This document shows positions 1 through 16,940 of a stretch of 64,000 nt of DNA, piece by piece. Made by a program: the position numbers and the translations under genes. The first letter of the stretch is position 1; each line of letters starts with the position of its first letter. The notes under the pieces are model-generated. The model saw only the letters and a program-made list of their open reading frames with translations, was not told the DNA's origin and did no database searches. Source of the DNA: the human T2T-CHM13v2.0 reference genome, Homo sapiens; assembly GCF_009914755.1 (NCBI RefSeq), contig NC_060927.1. The stretch is one strand, 5' to 3'.

Positions 1-197
1 GCATTAGATTCTCGTAGGAGCGTGAACCCTATTGTGAACTGTGCATGCAAGGGACCTAGGTTGCACACTTCTTACGAGAATCTAACTAATGCCTGATGAT
101 CTGAGGTGGAACAGTTTCATTCTGAAACTATTCCCCCGGTGGAAAAGTTGTCTTCCACAAAAGTAGTGCCTGGTACCAAAAAGGTTGGGGACCCCTG
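1..197. mobile_element. MER1B-type hAT-Charlie DNA transposon (partial, runs off the window start)
   Basis: gcattagattctc...gagaatctaa internal palindrome and the terminal aaaggttggggacccctg typical of MER1. Confidence 0.85.
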
Positions 198-2479
198 GGG
201 TATGACATGTATATGTGTAAGTATAAGACACTATATAAGATCTTGAAGAAAAATATAAATAGATTAACGTAAATACTCTAAGCAGGGAGCAATTAATATA
301 GGTACATGTGGCATAGGGGTACAGGACAGGGCAAGCTTCATGGAGATAATGGAATTTGAAGTACTGACAGGCATTCAGAAGACAAAGCCAGTTCTACACA
401 GGGTCAAGAAAGCAACTGACCTGTTTGGCTACCCATGAGTACTGAAATTTCCTTAAGGATAATGACTTTCTGATTGATCCTCAAGTTCCACATTGTGCCT
501 GGTATGGATACAGTTATCTTACTCATTATGTAAGCTCAGCAAACTACTTGCTGAATTCAGCCACAGTTTTTACTCGTTGTGCTTTCTGAGACCACTTTTC
601 TCTGTGTTCTAACATGTTGCATGTTTGCCTTCACACATATTTTTATTCAGGGAAAAAAGTTAAATTATGTAATTTCAATGACTATGTGCTTTGGTTGGCT
701 TTAAAAAGAAATTTAAAACTTAAGTTTTGTATTAGCAGGAAACAGCTTTTGATATTGGTCTAATTTTATATTTCTTAAATTGTGTCTTTGGCAACAGTTA
801 CTTTTTGGGTGTGGAAAGAAACATTTCTCCTCAGCTCCTTGGTTAGCTTTTAGGGAAAAGTTAAAATGGTCATGAAAGCATCAGATAAACTAATAGTAAC
901 CCCAACTGAGTATACTTTTGTTTAAATAAAAGCCAAGTGAAGTCTGTACTGCCATGGTAATATAATGCAGAAATAATAAGTTAATGTATGTAACAAATAA
1001 TCAAAGTTTATAGACTACATTCTTAAGAGATTATTTTTTTCCTCCCTTTGGAAAGTAGTGATATCTAAGGGGAAGAGGGTGTGGGGGACTGGCATTTTCT
1101 CAACATTCATAGTTGGATAACAAAATCCACCTAAAAATAAAACATGTACTCATATGCAAAAATGCTAAACTTACTTTTTTGATTATTGACCTTTCTTTGC
1201 ACAACTCTAAAACATACTTGTCACAGTTTTGTTGACTGGTGATTTCTTGCCATTCCTACAGTAGAGCAGTAAGTCCTGTGCCAACAAACAATTTATATTA
1301 TTTTAATTAGTTTTTTAAAAAATCACTTTCTGCCTGATTTTATCTCCTGTGTTTATAATGTTATAATATGAGCTATTAATTTAAGCACATTTAAAAAGTA
1401 CGTTTAATTGATTCAAGTAATATTTAATACTGGCCTACCCTGTGTCAGGCTATTTCATAGGTGCTATGGAGGCTATAAGATAAACAAAGTATTAATTTCT
1501 TGGGGCAGTCATATCTCCTACAGATTTAGTTTTTTTTAGTAATAGGATAATATTATTCTGATTTATCCACACTGTTGTCTCTTTCAGAAATCTAACTTGA
1601 ATTGGTGGGATAGTTTTAGAGAAGTCAAGAATAATGTAGAAGATAATTTTTCTCTGTGCCAAGTCAACTGACCTGACTGGGATTGAATATGTAGACCTCA
1701 TTTCTCTTACCTAGCTTTCAGATCCAGTCTGAATAATTGCACATCCTTTTTACATTTGGGAACTTGACTCTTTGGGCTTTCCCTGGCCCTTTGGAACATG
1801 ACTCAGGTTTTATTTTTATTGAATTATAGCAGAGTGTTGAATCATTATAATGCTGATAACTAAAACAGAACTAATATTAGACTTGGAAATTCTTCTAAAA
1901 AATTAATATGCCTGTTTCTTAAAAACACTTAACACTCAAACACTCTGAGACATACCATTGTGGAATGCTCATAAGGTAATGTATTTCAAGAGTTTCTTAC
2001 TATCATTAGTATCCAGAACTATATATACTCAAAAGTATTTCAAGTATTCAAAACTATGTATATATATGTTTGCCCTCCTAATTTTTATTTTATTCAACCA
2101 ATATGCAAATAATGATCTATCTGATCCTTCATTTTTGCTAATAGTCTAAAGGTCATACAATAAGTAGTTTAGGTCTGGGTTTATTTTTACTTATAACAGA
2201 ATATTATTTTTAAAGTGAGACGTAATAACATGTTTTGACACTTTCCAGATCTTTCATGTAAAAAAATTCTGCCACACATCCAACTATATTCTTATGGTAC
2301 AAAGGTTACTATTTTGGAGGCTAGCTTTAGGAAAGATCAAATAGCTAGATAGAACCAGAGTAAGCAACTTCAGCCTGCAGGTATTTTTAAGTTTTTAAAA
2401 AGCTTTGTAAAGGAATTTTACAGAATATTTTGGATGATCAAGCTAGTGATATGAATTGGTTTTATCTGACTCATTTCTG

Positions 2480-2665
2480 TGTGTTAGGCATGGTATTAAG
2501 CATTTTTAAAATATTATTTTACATATGACAAGAATATTGTCATTCTCATTTCAGAGGTTAGGAAACTGAGGGTTACAAAAGAAGTAATTTGCTCAAGTTC
2601 ATCCCACTAATTCATGGCAGAGGTGGGAATTGAATGCTCAAGGTCTGGTAACTCCTAAGCCTGAT
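2480..2665 (-). mobile_element. MIR SINE
   Basis: cattctcatttcagaggttaggaaactgagg...aagtaatttgctcaagttc MIR core. Confidence 0.7.
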
Positions 2666-2838
2666 TACAGCAAGTTTCTACCTCTTTAGAGCAAAACAGA
2701 TTAATGCTTTGAGTCCTTTTAATGTTTTAGCTTGTATCCTCATCTTTTATTTACTTCAGTAAGTTTTTATAATCAATTGTAAAAGACAAACCACTGTCTT
2801 CCTTATAACATAATTTTTTTTTTTTTTTTGCTTTGCAG

Positions 2839-2926
2839 GTTTTAAATGCACAGAGAGCAGGATACAAGGCAGCCATAGTTCACAATGTTGATTCTGATGA
2901 CCTCATTAGCATGGGATCCAACGACA
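2839..2926 (+). CDS. RNF13: RNF13 internal coding exon (PA domain): VLNAQRAGYKAAIVHNVDSDDLISMGSND(I)
   Basis: T16 tract plus ctttgcag acceptor and gtaagt donor at 2927; 88 nt, phase 0 to 1; the translation matches the RNF13 PA-domain sequence as I recall it. Confidence 0.97.
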
Positions 2927-3809
2927 GTAAGTACAGGTATCACTTTTCTTCTCTCCTGTTTGACAGATCATTTGTAACTAAAAATTAACAGGATTTTCCT
3001 TCTCTCATTTTCTTTTTAAAAAGCAAAATTTCTTCTCTATCAGATAATCCCTCATTCTTAACTCTGGATGATTTTATTCATAGTAGAGATGAAAATGACT
3101 TTCTTTTCTGAACAGTTTTTTTTTAAACATATATGTTTTATTTATTGATATTTTGTTAAAAACCAAAATGGGGGAAACAGCTTTAATAGGGATAAACATG
3201 CTGAGTTAAGAATGCCATAGAGGGTGTTTTGTAATTTATTTAGAGATTCACAGCATTATTTTAGGGTATGCACATATACTAAGTAGCTGCTATAATCTGC
3301 TGGAGTTCCAAAGCCACATACTTGTGCTTCCTTATACCAGTTGGTTATTAGCCCTTCGTCATACATTGGTATGTTCATAGTTTTTCATTTCAGATGGGAA
3401 TGTCTTTCTTTACTCTCTACTAATTATTAGCTTGTAGGGAAAAACGAGCCAATTTTAGTGGCATAACTGGCTGTAATAAGACACTGACTTTGAAGCTGTA
3501 TGCCTCACTTAATGTAGTTTCTATTACTCAGGGCACTATGGGGTTTTATCAAAACCTTTCTAATTGATACTAAGATGATTTACTGTCAACACTCATGATT
3601 AGAATTTATTTTATTCTTTTGAGTGCATAACCATAATATATTTTGTTATTAAGTCCTATTGATTCATATTTTCAGGGTAGAGCAAAGTATAGACATAAAG
3701 CTATAGACTGATAGAAAACACTGGAATGTATTTAGGAGTTTAAATAACTGCATCCTGAAAAGGAAATATTTTATATTCCTTAACCAAAAAGTCTTCTTTT
3801 AGCCTATGA

Positions 3810-4144
<335 letters not shown>

Positions 4145-5689
4145 ATTTTTGTCCTTCTTAACCCTAATAGAGTGAGGCAAAATTATAATATGTAAAAAGT
4201 AAAATTTATTAATACATTTCTTAATTTCTTTATATTTTAAATTATTATTTTAACCTCCTAGCTAATTAAATCTTCATGACTGTAGAATCCATTAAGTACC
4301 CATAAGAAGTTTTAGCATTTCAGGAATAGTTTGACAGCTACTACATGGGAATTACAGGACTTACTTAAGTGAGTTTACTTATCAAATAAACTGGTAATGT
4401 TAGTACTGCCAATTTGACACATTTTACTTCTCCTTTAACTATTTCCCTCTTAAAAAAAATTATCCCAGTTGATACATCCCATGGTCAGTAACTTTTGTGA
4501 TCTGTATACATTTACTGGCAAAATGGAAAGCATGCGTAGTCTGGAAATGGATAGGCCTGAATTCGAAATCAAATCCTACTTGTATCAGTTGTATAACTTT
4601 GAGCAAGTTACTTACTCTTTGTGTGTTTTGCTAAAGGCCCAAGCCCAGGATTTAGCAAACCTTCAGGACCTTCTCAAGGGCTGAATATGTTTTGGATTGA
4701 ACAAATTGATTATTATTTGTAAACTATTTACTCTTTTGACATGTTTTCAGTAAAAATTTTGCAGGCTGAAATTGTCAGTTCCCTTTATCACTTATTTTTT
4801 CTTTGTAATACTGTAAAACCTTTTTGTGATAATCATGTCAGCTCCTAAAGAAAATATGTTCAATATTAAAAGTAGCACACAACCATATAAGCCTGCTGTT
4901 GCCATGGAAATGTTTCAACTGAGTTGTTGTTCAAAGACTGCTCAGAATTTTGGTTCTTGACTTTGTTGCTTAGATTATTTTCTATGATATTTTGCTCCAT
5001 CTTTGCGCATGTGTTTAAACGTTTTATATGTACAGAGACAAATGTTGTAAAGATCTTTACCATTTTCATGTTTGCTATTACTTGGTAGAGGTAAGAAAAG
5101 CATAGATTTATCAGAAGAGGCTTGTATCTGTCCCTCTTTTCAAGGCCTTTCCTAGGAATACTGGTATCTTATACCAAGCAGAGATACTAACGCCTGGAAA
5201 CAAAAGGAAGTTGTAAAAGCCCCTTCCTGTTGACACTTCACGTAAGGAATATACCAATTTTTATTTCAGCCAGGAACAGAATGGATTAATTCAGTGAGCC
5301 AATAACATTCTTTATCTTTAGGAGACAGCAGAAAGTGGTAGGAAGGACACCAACTTCAGAACCAGGAAATATGTGTTTATTCTAAGCCAGGCTAGTTGTT
5401 ATGTGAACCAGATACCTGCGCCCTCAGGAAAGTTACTTAATCTTTATAAGCACATTATTTTCATCTATAATAGTGTGAATAATTTTGATAATTATTTGAC
5501 GTGACAAATTTGTGAAAACCTTATGAGAGAAGGTATATGAGAAAACCCATGCAATGGCAGAGTGAGAGGAGCCTAGATGAGGAGTCAGAAGCCTCCAGTT
5601 TGAGTCCAGACTGTGCAAATATCTAACTGTATAACCAGGTCAAGTTGTTAATATCTCTGGGTCATTTTTTTTTTCCTTTTTTTCTTTGA

Positions 5690-7320
5690 TTTCTTTCTTC
5701 AACAAATGCATTTTGACAGCCTACCCTGCACTGTTTTAGGCACTGTGACTATAGGAAGTAATGATGCAGTCAGAGGCTCTGCCTTCATATCTTTCATTGA
5801 GGTAGTAGAGTGCAGTACTTAAGAGAGTACTTTCCGGGTACTGCTTGTTAGGGTTTGAATCCCAGCTTTACCACCTAGTAGCTGTATGACCTTGGGTATA
5901 TTACCTAATATCTATATGCTTCAGTTTTTCTGATCTGTGAAATTAGGATAATAATAGTACCTAAGTTATTTAGTTGCTATGAAGATTGAATGAATTAAGG
6001 CCTGTTAAGTGTCTAGAGGACTTCCTGGTTCTTAGCAATCATTTAATGATTGTTCAGATATTATTATTGTGATTATTATCATTTTATTGCATTCTAGAGT
6101 AGGAGAGAAGAAATGAACACATAATCAAATAGATGTGCTATAATGTCAAGTAGTGATAAATGCTATGAAGAAAAATATCAGCATAAGGGGATATAGAATG
6201 ACAGAGATGAAAGGAAGGCAGCTATTTTAGATAGGGTGGTCAGAGAAAGCTTCTGTGAGGCATTGCAATTTGAGCACCGATCTAAAGTTAGAGGCTGAGT
6301 CATGCAGATTTCTGAAGGAGGGTATTCCAAGGAGACGGAACAACAAGTACAACAATTCAAAGATAAAGCATGCTTGGTGTTTCCAAAGTGTGGCATAAAG
6401 CCACAATGGCTAGAGTAGTGAACAAGGGAGGGAGTGGGGGGATAAGGTTAGAGAAGGAGCCAGGGGTCAAATATGATGGGCCTTGTCAGCCATGATAAGG
6501 ACTTTGGAATTTATTCTAAATAAGTTTTAGGCTGGGCACAGTGGCTCAGGCCTGTAATCCTAGCACTTTGGGAGGCCAAGGCGGGAGGATTGCCTGAGCT
6601 TAGGAGTTCAAGACCAACCTTGGCAACATTGTGAAACCCCATCTCTACTAAATATATAAAAAATTAGCCAGGTGTGGTGGCGTGCATGCCTGTAGTCCCA
6701 GCTACTCAAGAGGCTGAACCACAAGAATCACTTGAACCTGGGAGGCGGAGGGTGCAGTGAGCCGAGATCGTGCCACTGCACTCCAGCCTGGGCAACAGAG
6801 CAAGACTCCGTCTCCAAATGATTGAATGAATGAATGAATGAATAAATAAAAAAAAATAAGTTTTAAACAGCTGTGTAAGGCAATATGACATATTTCATAA
6901 ACGGAGCACTTTGCTGTTCTTTGGAGAGAACACTGAAGGTGAAAGGTGAGCAAAAGTGCCAACAGAGAGAACATTTAGAAAGCTGCTGCAGCAGCCAGGC
7001 AAGAGTAATGGTGGTTTGGAGTATTAGTAGTTAAAGTCATGAGAAGTGGTAGGAATATGGCTATATTTTGAAGCTGACAGGATTTGGTATAGGGAGTAAG
7101 GGAAAGGGAGGAGTCAAGGATGATTCCAAGATGTTTAGTCTGAGAAACTAAGTGAATGGCTATGCTGTTTACAGAGATGAGAAACAGAGTTGATCGACTG
7201 AGAGAAAAGAGACATTCAGAGTTCAGTTGAGAAACTTTGTTTGAAACATGTATTAGGCAATCAAATGGAGATATTGAATGGACAATTGGATATACGAATC
7301 TGGAGAGTTTGGGGCTGGAT
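5690..7320. mobile_element. L2 LINE fragments interrupted by a MIR (about 5790-6070) and an Alu
   Basis: L2-like motifs (ttcaacaaatgcattttga, gagtcaaggatgattccaag, tggacaattggatatacgaatctggag); MIR core gctgtatgaccttgggtatattacctaa. Confidence 0.65.
6530..6856 (+). mobile_element. AluS with a (GAAT)n-expanded tail
   Basis: ggctgggcacagtggctc...; TSD aaataagtttta on both sides. Confidence 0.93.
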
Positions 7321-7810
7321 CATTCAAATTGTAATCTATCTTTGTCGATATGTACTTCACAGAGTTGTTTTACAGATCAAAATAGAGTGTTTTAAAAGTA
7401 TTTTGTGAAGTAAAACATATTTAGTTTTGTTTTCAGTAGATAATGTTGCCATTTTCAAGATGGCTACTCATATTTGCTTACAATATTTTCTCCCTTTTTC
7501 TTAATCATTTTATTAAAGTAAGGAGCTTTCTACATCTCTTTAGATGTCATAATTCAAAGAAGCTAGGTTACTTCCAATATTATTAGCCAGTAGTTACAAA
7601 CCAAAAGTTATTCCTTGAGTTTGTCATAGTATCTTCATGAAAGAAGAAAGCATCATACAATTCCAAGTTTTAAGTATCAAATAAAATAAGCTTTAAACTC
7701 ATATGTGGTAGAGAAAATATCTTAGCAAAATAGAAAATATCTCCCAAATATAAAAAAAAATATAGTCCTATAACAATACCTCTGCATCTATTAAAAAAAA
7801 AAATGCAATA

Positions 7811-7975
7811 ATGCCTGTAGCCCCAGCTACTTGGGAGGCTGAGACAGGAGGGGCACTTGAGCCCAGGAGTTACAGGCTGTAGTACACAATGGTGCCATCT
7901 GTGAATAGCCACTGCACTGCATCCTGAGCAACATAGTGAGACTCTGTCTCTAAAAAAATAAAAATAAAAATAAAT
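7811..7975 (+). mobile_element. FAM (fossil Alu monomer)
   Basis: Monomer containing the 7SL-derived ctgtgaatagccactgcact segment absent from dimeric Alus; A-rich tail. Confidence 0.75.
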
Positions 7976-8184
7976 GATGAGGTAGATCTGTATTTATTGA
8001 CATAACAGGATATCTGAGCTGTATCATTGTGTAGAAAAAAAGCTTACACTTTAAAAATTATATGATCCCATTGATATAAAAAATAAAATTTTATTGATCA
8101 TGTTGATATAAAAATAGTGATTAAATATTTCTTGACTAATATTTTTTGTTTCTGCCCTCTTTGGGGCTTACATGTTTTTTTCTG

Positions 8185-8245
8185 GTGTGTATGTGCGCGC
8201 ATGTGTGCGTGTGTGTGTGTGTGAGAGAGAGAGAGAATGTGTGAG
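8185..8245. repeat. (TG)n(AG)n compound dinucleotide microsatellite
   Basis: gtgtgtgtgtgtgtgagagagagagagaatgtgtgagag visible directly. Confidence 0.9.
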
Positions 8246-9437
8246 AGTTGAACGTTTATATTTGCATAAAACAATCTAGAAGTGAAAAAAACTTACTCTA
8301 CCAAGGATATCAAGATTTTAAACCTTGTCTTTATAAGGATGAAAACAATAACAGCAAAATAGATCAGTAATTTATAAGTTTAGGGGGTAGGGGTTGACTG
8401 TATGAGGGAATTTTGGTGGGTGATGGAACATTCTATATCCAACTGTAGTTGTGGTTATAATTGTATGTATTTGTCACAACTTACAGAACTGCTTATTACT
8501 TTAAATAAAACATTTGTCCTTGGATGGGAAAGATTATGATTTTGTTTTGTTTTCTTTTTCTTTACTTGCCTCCCCCGCTTTTAAATGCATAATGAATATG
8601 CATTGTTTTTAAAATGCAGAACAAAGTTATTTTGAAAACTATAAAAAGAAAACAAATGGGCCTTCTCTAAAGCCAAATGTGTTAAACTAACTCACAGCTA
8701 ATAATGAGGCTGCTTTTTCTATTAGCAACATTAAGAGGATTGTTTTTCTTTCTATTCCTGAGTAATGGGTAATTTTGACGAAATTCTTTTTGGGTGGCAT
8801 TTGATTTTGGTTTTGAATATGGGTAGAAGAGTCAAATATCTTAAGATACCAATCAAACACAAAACTTTGCCATGAGCGCCAGGCTTACAAGGAAATAGAA
8901 ACCAGCTTTCCTGCCCTATTCCCTTTCTCAACCCCTGTCAGCCTTTCAGTCTGGAAAGCCAGAGATGTGTGGTATTACTTTTTAGATTGTTGTGAAGTTG
9001 TCTTTTCTTATATTCTCTGGCTTATACGTCTCCTGGAAATGGGTATGTAAAAGAAGCTTTTTCTCTTTTTCATTTAGGAATTAAGTTATGTGTGGGAAGA
9101 AAACCTAAAATTTCTTCATCTTTCTTCTCTAATAAGTTATGTCTAGAGAGGAAGAAATCAAATGGAAATATTAAAAATAAAAATTACATCTCAATCTTAT
9201 AGACTATTGAGAGAATTCAGGTAATGTGTATATGCAAAATGTTAGCTTTGTTACTGTAAATGTTATGTTTCTCAACCATTTTGATGATGAATAAAATCTG
9301 CAATCTGGAAAATCAAGCAATAGACAATTAAAGTTGATTGTAATTGTTTCCAGTTGCATTTGCTGCTATTATGAAGAAAAGTTGATTATACACTAAATAT
9401 GGGCTTTTAAGAATAATTTCATTATTCTTTTATACAG

Positions 9438-9528
9438 TTGAGGTACTAAAGAAAATTGACATTCCATCTGTCTTTATTGGTGAATCATCAGCTAATTCTC
9501 TGAAAGATGAATTCACATATGAAAAAGG
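9438..9528 (+). CDS. RNF13: RNF13 internal coding exon: (I)EVLKKIDIPSVFIGESSANSLKDEFTYEK(G)
   Basis: ttcttttatacag acceptor and GG|gtaagt donor; 91 nt, phase 1 to 2; joins the previous exon in frame (A+TT=Ile). Confidence 0.97.
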
Positions 9529-11275
9529 GTAAGTAATGGATATAAAAAATCATGTTGCTTAAAATTCTTCTTTATATTAAGGTAGAATTATATAATATTG
9601 TAATCAAGATTATGTTTCAGAATGAACTCTGTAGTGCTAAATTATCCCTTTTTAAATCATTATGCTTTTAAGACGTAGTATTTTAAAGTATTTTACTACT
9701 TTTTCTTTGTATGATTATGTTGAAAATATATTCATGCTAGTGAGAGTAAGTCACCCTTGTTGCTAAAAAGATAACTTTTCATTTTGAAGTTTAATCAAAC
9801 TACTGGTATTTTAAAACAATGCAATTTATGTTTATATGACATTTTCTATTAAGAAATGTTTGTATATTACTAAAAAGATATTTTATATATTATAAACACA
9901 GAATCCAAAACATTGTGTTAAGGGACTAACATTTACAAAGGCAAAAAGTCAGTTTTCAAGTTTTAGAAGCTTGATTTGAATGAGAACTTTTATATGAAAC
10001 TCTTCTCCCCTACCCCCACAAAATAATCTCATTACAAAGATAACATACAGACTGAAATTAACTTAAGGCACAGCTGTCTCAGCTAATATAGAAAACAGAG
10101 AAAACGGTACAATAAACACTTCAGAACTTCTTCCATGACACACAGATCCCCAAAACGTAGTTGACCAGAACAGACTTTGGTCTAAGAGGAACAACAACAA
10201 AAATAATAATAAAAGCAGCTAATATTTATTGAGCATTTAGCAAAGCTGGGCACTCATGAAAGCAAGACTTCTACATTTTGTTATCCATTTAATCCTCACA
10301 ACAACCCTCTAGTGGTTGTTATTATTATCACTTATTATCTACATTTGCCAGAAGAGGTAACTGGCACAATGAAATCCAATTCTAATTATTTAGGGGGAAA
10401 AGAAATCCACGAATATTTCTGTTTGAAAATGCATAAAAAGAAGAGGGCAAGGTTTTCTGTTTACTGTTATTGTTAGTTCCCCACTACAGTGTTGATATTT
10501 AAAATACTGTTCACATATTATATGCTCAGAACATTTTTTTTAAGTTAAGGAATGTAATTTTGGAAGTTGTATCAAAAAACAGTTATGCAAAGTGGTGTTT
10601 TGTCAGCCGTGTTTGCTTGGTTAAAAGAGAGGAGAATTAGTACTTGCTTTTACCTCAATATTGCTCCCTCGTTTAGAATACTTCTATATATTTTAATATG
10701 TATTTTAAAGAGTATTTTTTGTTTTTAATTATAAAACCATACTTTTTAAAATTAAGAAGTAATATATAGATACTAGCAAAATATGGAAAAATTGAAATAT
10801 AAAATATTTAAAGTGAAAGTCTCTATGTGACACTATTGCTTACCAACTACTGTTTTTTAAAAAGCCCTTTGTTTTTCCCCATATTTGCTTATTCACCTTA
10901 ATTAGTGATCACATGCTCATAAAATGGAACCATACGGTGCCTAATAATTTGTAACTTGCTTTATTTACTTAATGTTTTGACCCTTTCCAGGTGAATACAA
11001 GTTTACAAACTCTCTTATCCCACCTCTTGGCTACAGATATATTGTGGCATTGAAAAATGTTTGAATTTTAAAAAGTTAAATAACATTCCAAATAGAATTT
11101 GAGGCAACACCCCATAATCAAACAAATTAATGTATCTGCAATAAATATATGGCTATTTTTTCATGTCAGTTCACTTCAAGTTGACTGTCAAATGAATTGC
11201 AAACATTATTTTTTAAAGCTTTTTAGGTTTTAGAATTGGTCATAAGGAATTGTAGACCCGTACATAAAGATCTAC

Positions 11276-11303
11276 TCTATCTATCTATCTATATATCTGT
11301 CTA

Positions 11304-11347
<44 letters not shown>

Positions 11348-11412
11348 CCTACCTACCTACCTATACCTATCATCTATCTATTTATCTGTCTGTCTGTTTA
11401 GTATCTATCTAC
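11276..11412. repeat. Compound tetranucleotide STR (TCTA)n(TCTG)n(CCTA)n
   Basis: Visible directly; it also produces the spurious ORF 11236..11490. Confidence 0.95.
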
Positions 11413-11449
11413 CACCTACTTTACCCTCAAGCCCCCTCTCTTTCAGTGG

Positions 11450-14870
<3,421 letters not shown>

Positions 14871-14899
14871 TATCCTAATTTACTTAGCCAGTAAGCCAC

Positions 14900-15140
14900 C
14901 GACTATAAGCATGACCTCTGGAGTAAGAGCTGTGTGGATTCAAATCCTGGCTTCCATCACTTGTTAGCTGTGTGATCTTCAACAAAAAATTTATTATCTC
15001 TGGGCCGTAGCCTCTCTCCTCATTAAAATGTGAACAATAATAGAACCTACAGCATATAGCATTGCTGGAAGGATTAAACACATTAATAAAATTCTTAGAA
15101 GAATACCTGGGACATAGTAAATGCTTCATAAATGTTAATG
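14900..15140 (+). mobile_element. MIR SINE
   Basis: ggattcaaatcctggcttccatcacttgttagctgtgtgatcttc...cctgggacatagtaaatgcttcataaatgtta. Confidence 0.8.
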
Positions 15141-16644
15141 CTTACCTTCCAATTCTTGTCTATTACAGAAAGTGCTATAATGATATCCTTGACCATATAC
15201 TATGTGCAATTGCACAAATGTTTCTTTAGCAAAAGCACCTAAAAGTGGAATTTTTTTGATTAAGGAGAAACAGTTTTAAATTTCAGTAAACAATTGTCAT
15301 ATTGCCCTTTAAAAAGCAGTTATGTTTCCACCAACATTTTAGGAAAGCCAATGTTTTCCCCTACTCTTGCCAGAAATACATATTATCAGTCTTTTTATGA
15401 CCTCCCAATCTGACAAGAAGAAAATGAGTTGGTCCGATTAGCATTTCTTTATTCACAGTGAATAGTTTTATAAACTGTTTGGTGTCCTTTGTCAATTTTG
15501 GTCTTTTAAAAACTTAAATTCTAGAAGCATTTTGTAACTTTTATTAGGGAAGGCAAATTATTGGATAACATACAACTTTTACAAGTTGTGGGCAGAGACA
15601 AAGCTTGTTTTTGATCAGAGTGAGTAGTGCAGTTCACTGGAGGGATTGCTGGGGTGTGGCCTTTGGGAGGGTATTTAATCTTCATGGACATATTTTCTCT
15701 TGAAAATGAAGAGTTAGAACAAAGAATATTGAGGTTCCTTTAAGATTTCTATATTCTCTCTGATGGTTAGGGATTCTATTTTTTCACATTTAATCCCTAG
15801 CACCAGGCCCATTGACTGTATCACAGTAGACATTTAGTAAATTCTAATGAAATTAAACTGCTTTTATGTTACCTCAGAATTCCTCAAGAAGACAGAGCAG
15901 TGCACTGGCAGTAAATGGGGACACAGAGCCTGTTTATTAAGTGATGTAAGATGTTTAATGAGGCAGCTGTGAGCTTTGTCTGAAAGGAGCAAGTTCAAGG
16001 AAGTAGTCAAATGAAATAGTGGGGATATCCAGCAGTTGGGCTGAATACAGGTTATTGCCTGGAAAGCTGATCTATAGGACAGAAGGCTCTGCTGTGTGGC
16101 TGTAAATCCACTGAGGCTCAGTAGTTTGATTGGTGGGGGTTGGATGTCAGAAAAGAACAGACAAGACTTCATGTGTCAACAGAAGGATGGGGAAATTAGA
16201 CAGGTTATTATTATCAAGCTTAAGCCTAGGCAGCTGGTTTGAAATTAGCCTGGGAAGTCACACAAAGGAAAATAAGACCCTATTTTCTGGGTTGCTTAGG
16301 ACTCTGCTTCAGTGATCAAATCTTAGCTGCAGAGCTCATAAGATGTGCTGTATTTAGGCATGGACATAGAGGCAGTGTGGTAGGATAATTACCTGTTTAA
16401 ATACCTTCTTCCTCAAATACAGATTAATCTGGGACTAGGGCAAGGATGAATCTGCAAGTTCAGCTGTGGGAGACCTGGGCTGACAGAAGAAATAGAAATG
16501 GAGCCAGAGGACTGAAATTCCATTGTAGTTCTGTTGTAGTTCCCTGTATCATCACTATCACCACATCCACTGTTAGCAATTTGGTTAAGAAAAAAACAGT
16601 ATCTTGAGTGTACATTGAGCTTTTGATTCAAGATGCTCAAAACC

Positions 16645-16940
16645 TTTTTTTTTTTTTTTGAGACAAAGCCTCACTATGTCACCCAGGCTGGAGTGCAGTG
16701 GTGCGATCTCAGCTCACTGCAACCTCCGCCTTCCGGGTTCAAGCTAAGTTTCCAGCCTTAGCCCCTGGGGAAGCTGGGACTACAGGTGCTGGCCACCATG
16801 CCTGGTTAATTTTTTTTTTTTTTTTTTTTTGTATTTTTAGTAGAGATGGGGTTTTGCCATGTTGGCCAGGCTGGTCTCAAACTCCTGTGGCCTCAAGTGA
16901 TCCACCCACCGTGGCCTCCCAAAGTGCTGGGATTACAGGC
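16645..16940 (-). mobile_element. AluS, slightly 5'-truncated
   Basis: Alu dimer; about 20-bp TSD caagatgctcaaaa(c/t)ctttt starting at 16629 and 16940. Confidence 0.93.

Noticed and set aside
2934-2942. Second donor-like cag|gtatca 10 nt after the first exon's donor
   Set aside because: Weaker than the gtaagt donor and would frameshift; no evidence of use from sequence alone.
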